64,000 nucleotides of DNA from Macrostomum lignano (taxonomy: Eukaryota). Positions 62,034 to 64,000 of this stretch are shown here, piece by piece; position 1 is the stretch's first letter, and each line of letters opens with the position of its first letter. The translations under genes were made by a program, and so were the position numbers. The notes below the pieces were generated by a model. That model was not told the DNA's origin, searched no databases, and saw only the letters and a program-made list of their open reading frames with translations. The stretch spans positions 634,737 through 698,736 of the forward strand of contig NIVC01000166.1 of NCBI GenBank assembly GCA_002269645.1, written 5' to 3'.

Positions 62034-64000
62034 GCAGTTCGGTCTAAGCGTTGCTTTTGTCAGGTGAAGTTGATAATTAGACAACAGCCACTAGATGCCA
62101 TAGACTATAAAGCCGGTCATGCACTTTAACACAGACTGTATCAGTCATGGAAATTTGAAAATTTGAGGGAAATCCAAAGATGTATTTGATAGACTGATTC
62201 AGCAGCCAATCAAGTCCTACGGGGGATTATTTTTAACTTTCATCAGCCAATAGATTCCTAGGGGGTAAATTCCAAGTTTGGAGGAAAGAATTCGACCATA
62301 GACTATTTCAGATGAGCAATCCAGTGTATTCCTTCATCCATGTTTCTCGGCCTGGGTACCGTTTTCAGCGGGCTAATTGGGCCTGGCCATAGACTACAGA
62401 AACTAATGTATCCACCACTTGCCCCGGTCGAACGTCTATGGTCTTCAGTGTAAATTTCATTTATTTGCATCGGTGCAAATAATCGGTTTATTTCTCTGTG
62501 CAGCCTCGGTCAATAAACAAGTCACTCAAGCATTTATTGCCCTAGCACTGGTATAAATGGCGAATATATACCATTTATTCCCCAATAAATACACAGTGCA
62601 TAGCTCAGCGAAACAATAGGATTCAACTTGACTGACAAATTCGATAGCAGCTCTGCATCGGTGCTGCTTAATAACTGACTTTATTTGACTGTCATCTGGG
62701 CCTGGTCTCACTGGGCAGCCAATTGTATTAGGAGAAAATTTTGTACATAGTTTAGTATATTCTTTATCCTTGCTATAGATATGCCTGAGTTTTTAGCGCC
62801 TAAGTTATAATTGCTTTTGTCATGCTAAAATTATTGTTATAAGTAGTTATTATGAAATATTATTTCATAGTGCCTCGAATTTTTTATTGTTTCTTTAATT
62901 ATGATTTATTTAGACATTTGCCTACTTAAAGTAGCGTGTTGTGTACTTGTTTGTTTGTTTGAAGTTTAACAGACTTTAAGCAAGTTGATGACTCAAGTTA
63001 ATTCATTACTCAAGTTAAGCGTGATCTTTCGCACTGTATTGTATAATTAGGAGTAATACTGATTACGTAACCATATTAATTGCTTAACAAAGTTTCTCAG
63101 ATATTAGTGCTTTGGTGTGTAGATGTATCTTTTGCAGTTTTTTAATACCTTTGATAACTCATTTAATGATGGCAAGTCACTTTTAGCGCACATGTGCTTA
63201 TATAAATTACTTTACTAATTATGAAATCAAGCTGTGCTTACATCCGGACTACATAATACTCAGCCTTACAGAGCCACATCTTTATGATGTAAATATTAAT
63301 AATAATTAATAATTAACGACTAAAAGGCAGTATTTTTTGCATCTGTTGAAATAGTTTTTTGGCTTTAACTACATATGCTATATACTAATTATAATATTAT
63401 ATATGATGCTATTTTTCTCTGTTCCATCTCTGCTTGCGCTGTTAAAGAGATTATCGACTTCCTTGCCACAGTTGCCCTACCGATTAGTCCATGCCTCTTA
63501 AAAAAATCATCACTTATAGCTGTTATGATAACACTGAAAATATTGTTTGCATACATTTTTGGCGATTCTCTCTGCTCTCTCCTTGCTTTCTTACACGACG
63601 AGTTTTTGACTATATTAAATAAATTTTAGGAAACATTTTTTTTCACAAAGGCAAAAAACAGAAATTGTCATAAATAATTTTTGCGTCATCAGGAGTTGTT
63701 TGTTATTGAGTTTACCTATGTATACTGTATATTTATCAATATTAGTGCATTTGAGTGTTGTCAAAAGCTATGTAAAAATATACAATCTCAAGGCCACCCA
63801 ATCTTTAAAGGTTTCGTGAACGTGCATTCTTGTACAAGTAAGTCAGCTAATTTAAGATTTTAAGCAGTACATGACTTGGTTAAGCTGTGTGCTAATGGAA
63901 TTTGCTGGGGGTTTGGCACTAAGTTTATTAGATGACAATCTGATAAATTAACAGGTGACAAAATTAGAAAATTATCGAGATCCCTTATAAAGAATAAGTA

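Overview
Eukaryotic, intron-rich animal DNA, not prokaryotic. The GC-rich exons with polyQ/polyA tracts, (TGTC)n microsatellites and abundant 19-36 bp minisatellites suggest a free-living flatworm such as Macrostomum; this is an inference. Genes reconstructed by hand from GT-AG boundaries and frame continuity: a frameshifted cupin/JmjC-like gene; a mucin-like type I membrane protein; a small cluster of secreted PAN-like + fibrinogen-related (FReD) genes (one intact, plus two broken halves that fit an inversion); a 10-exon synapsin with a complete 5-exon TIMP nested antisense in intron 5; an orphan acidic ORF overlapping an orphan 2-TM gene; a calmodulin-like gene; a divergent Lbx-like homeobox gene; and a 9-exon DIP2 (about 1800 aa) in which every intron carries its own tandem repeat. 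Mobile elements: two ~2 kb solo-LTR-like copies with 4-bp TSDs, three CORE-type tRNA SINEs, hAT-like MITEs, a MITE with piggyBac-like ends, and decayed Gypsy fragments. No CRISPR array or rRNA is present. All coordinates were read by eye; splice models need RNA-seq confirmation.
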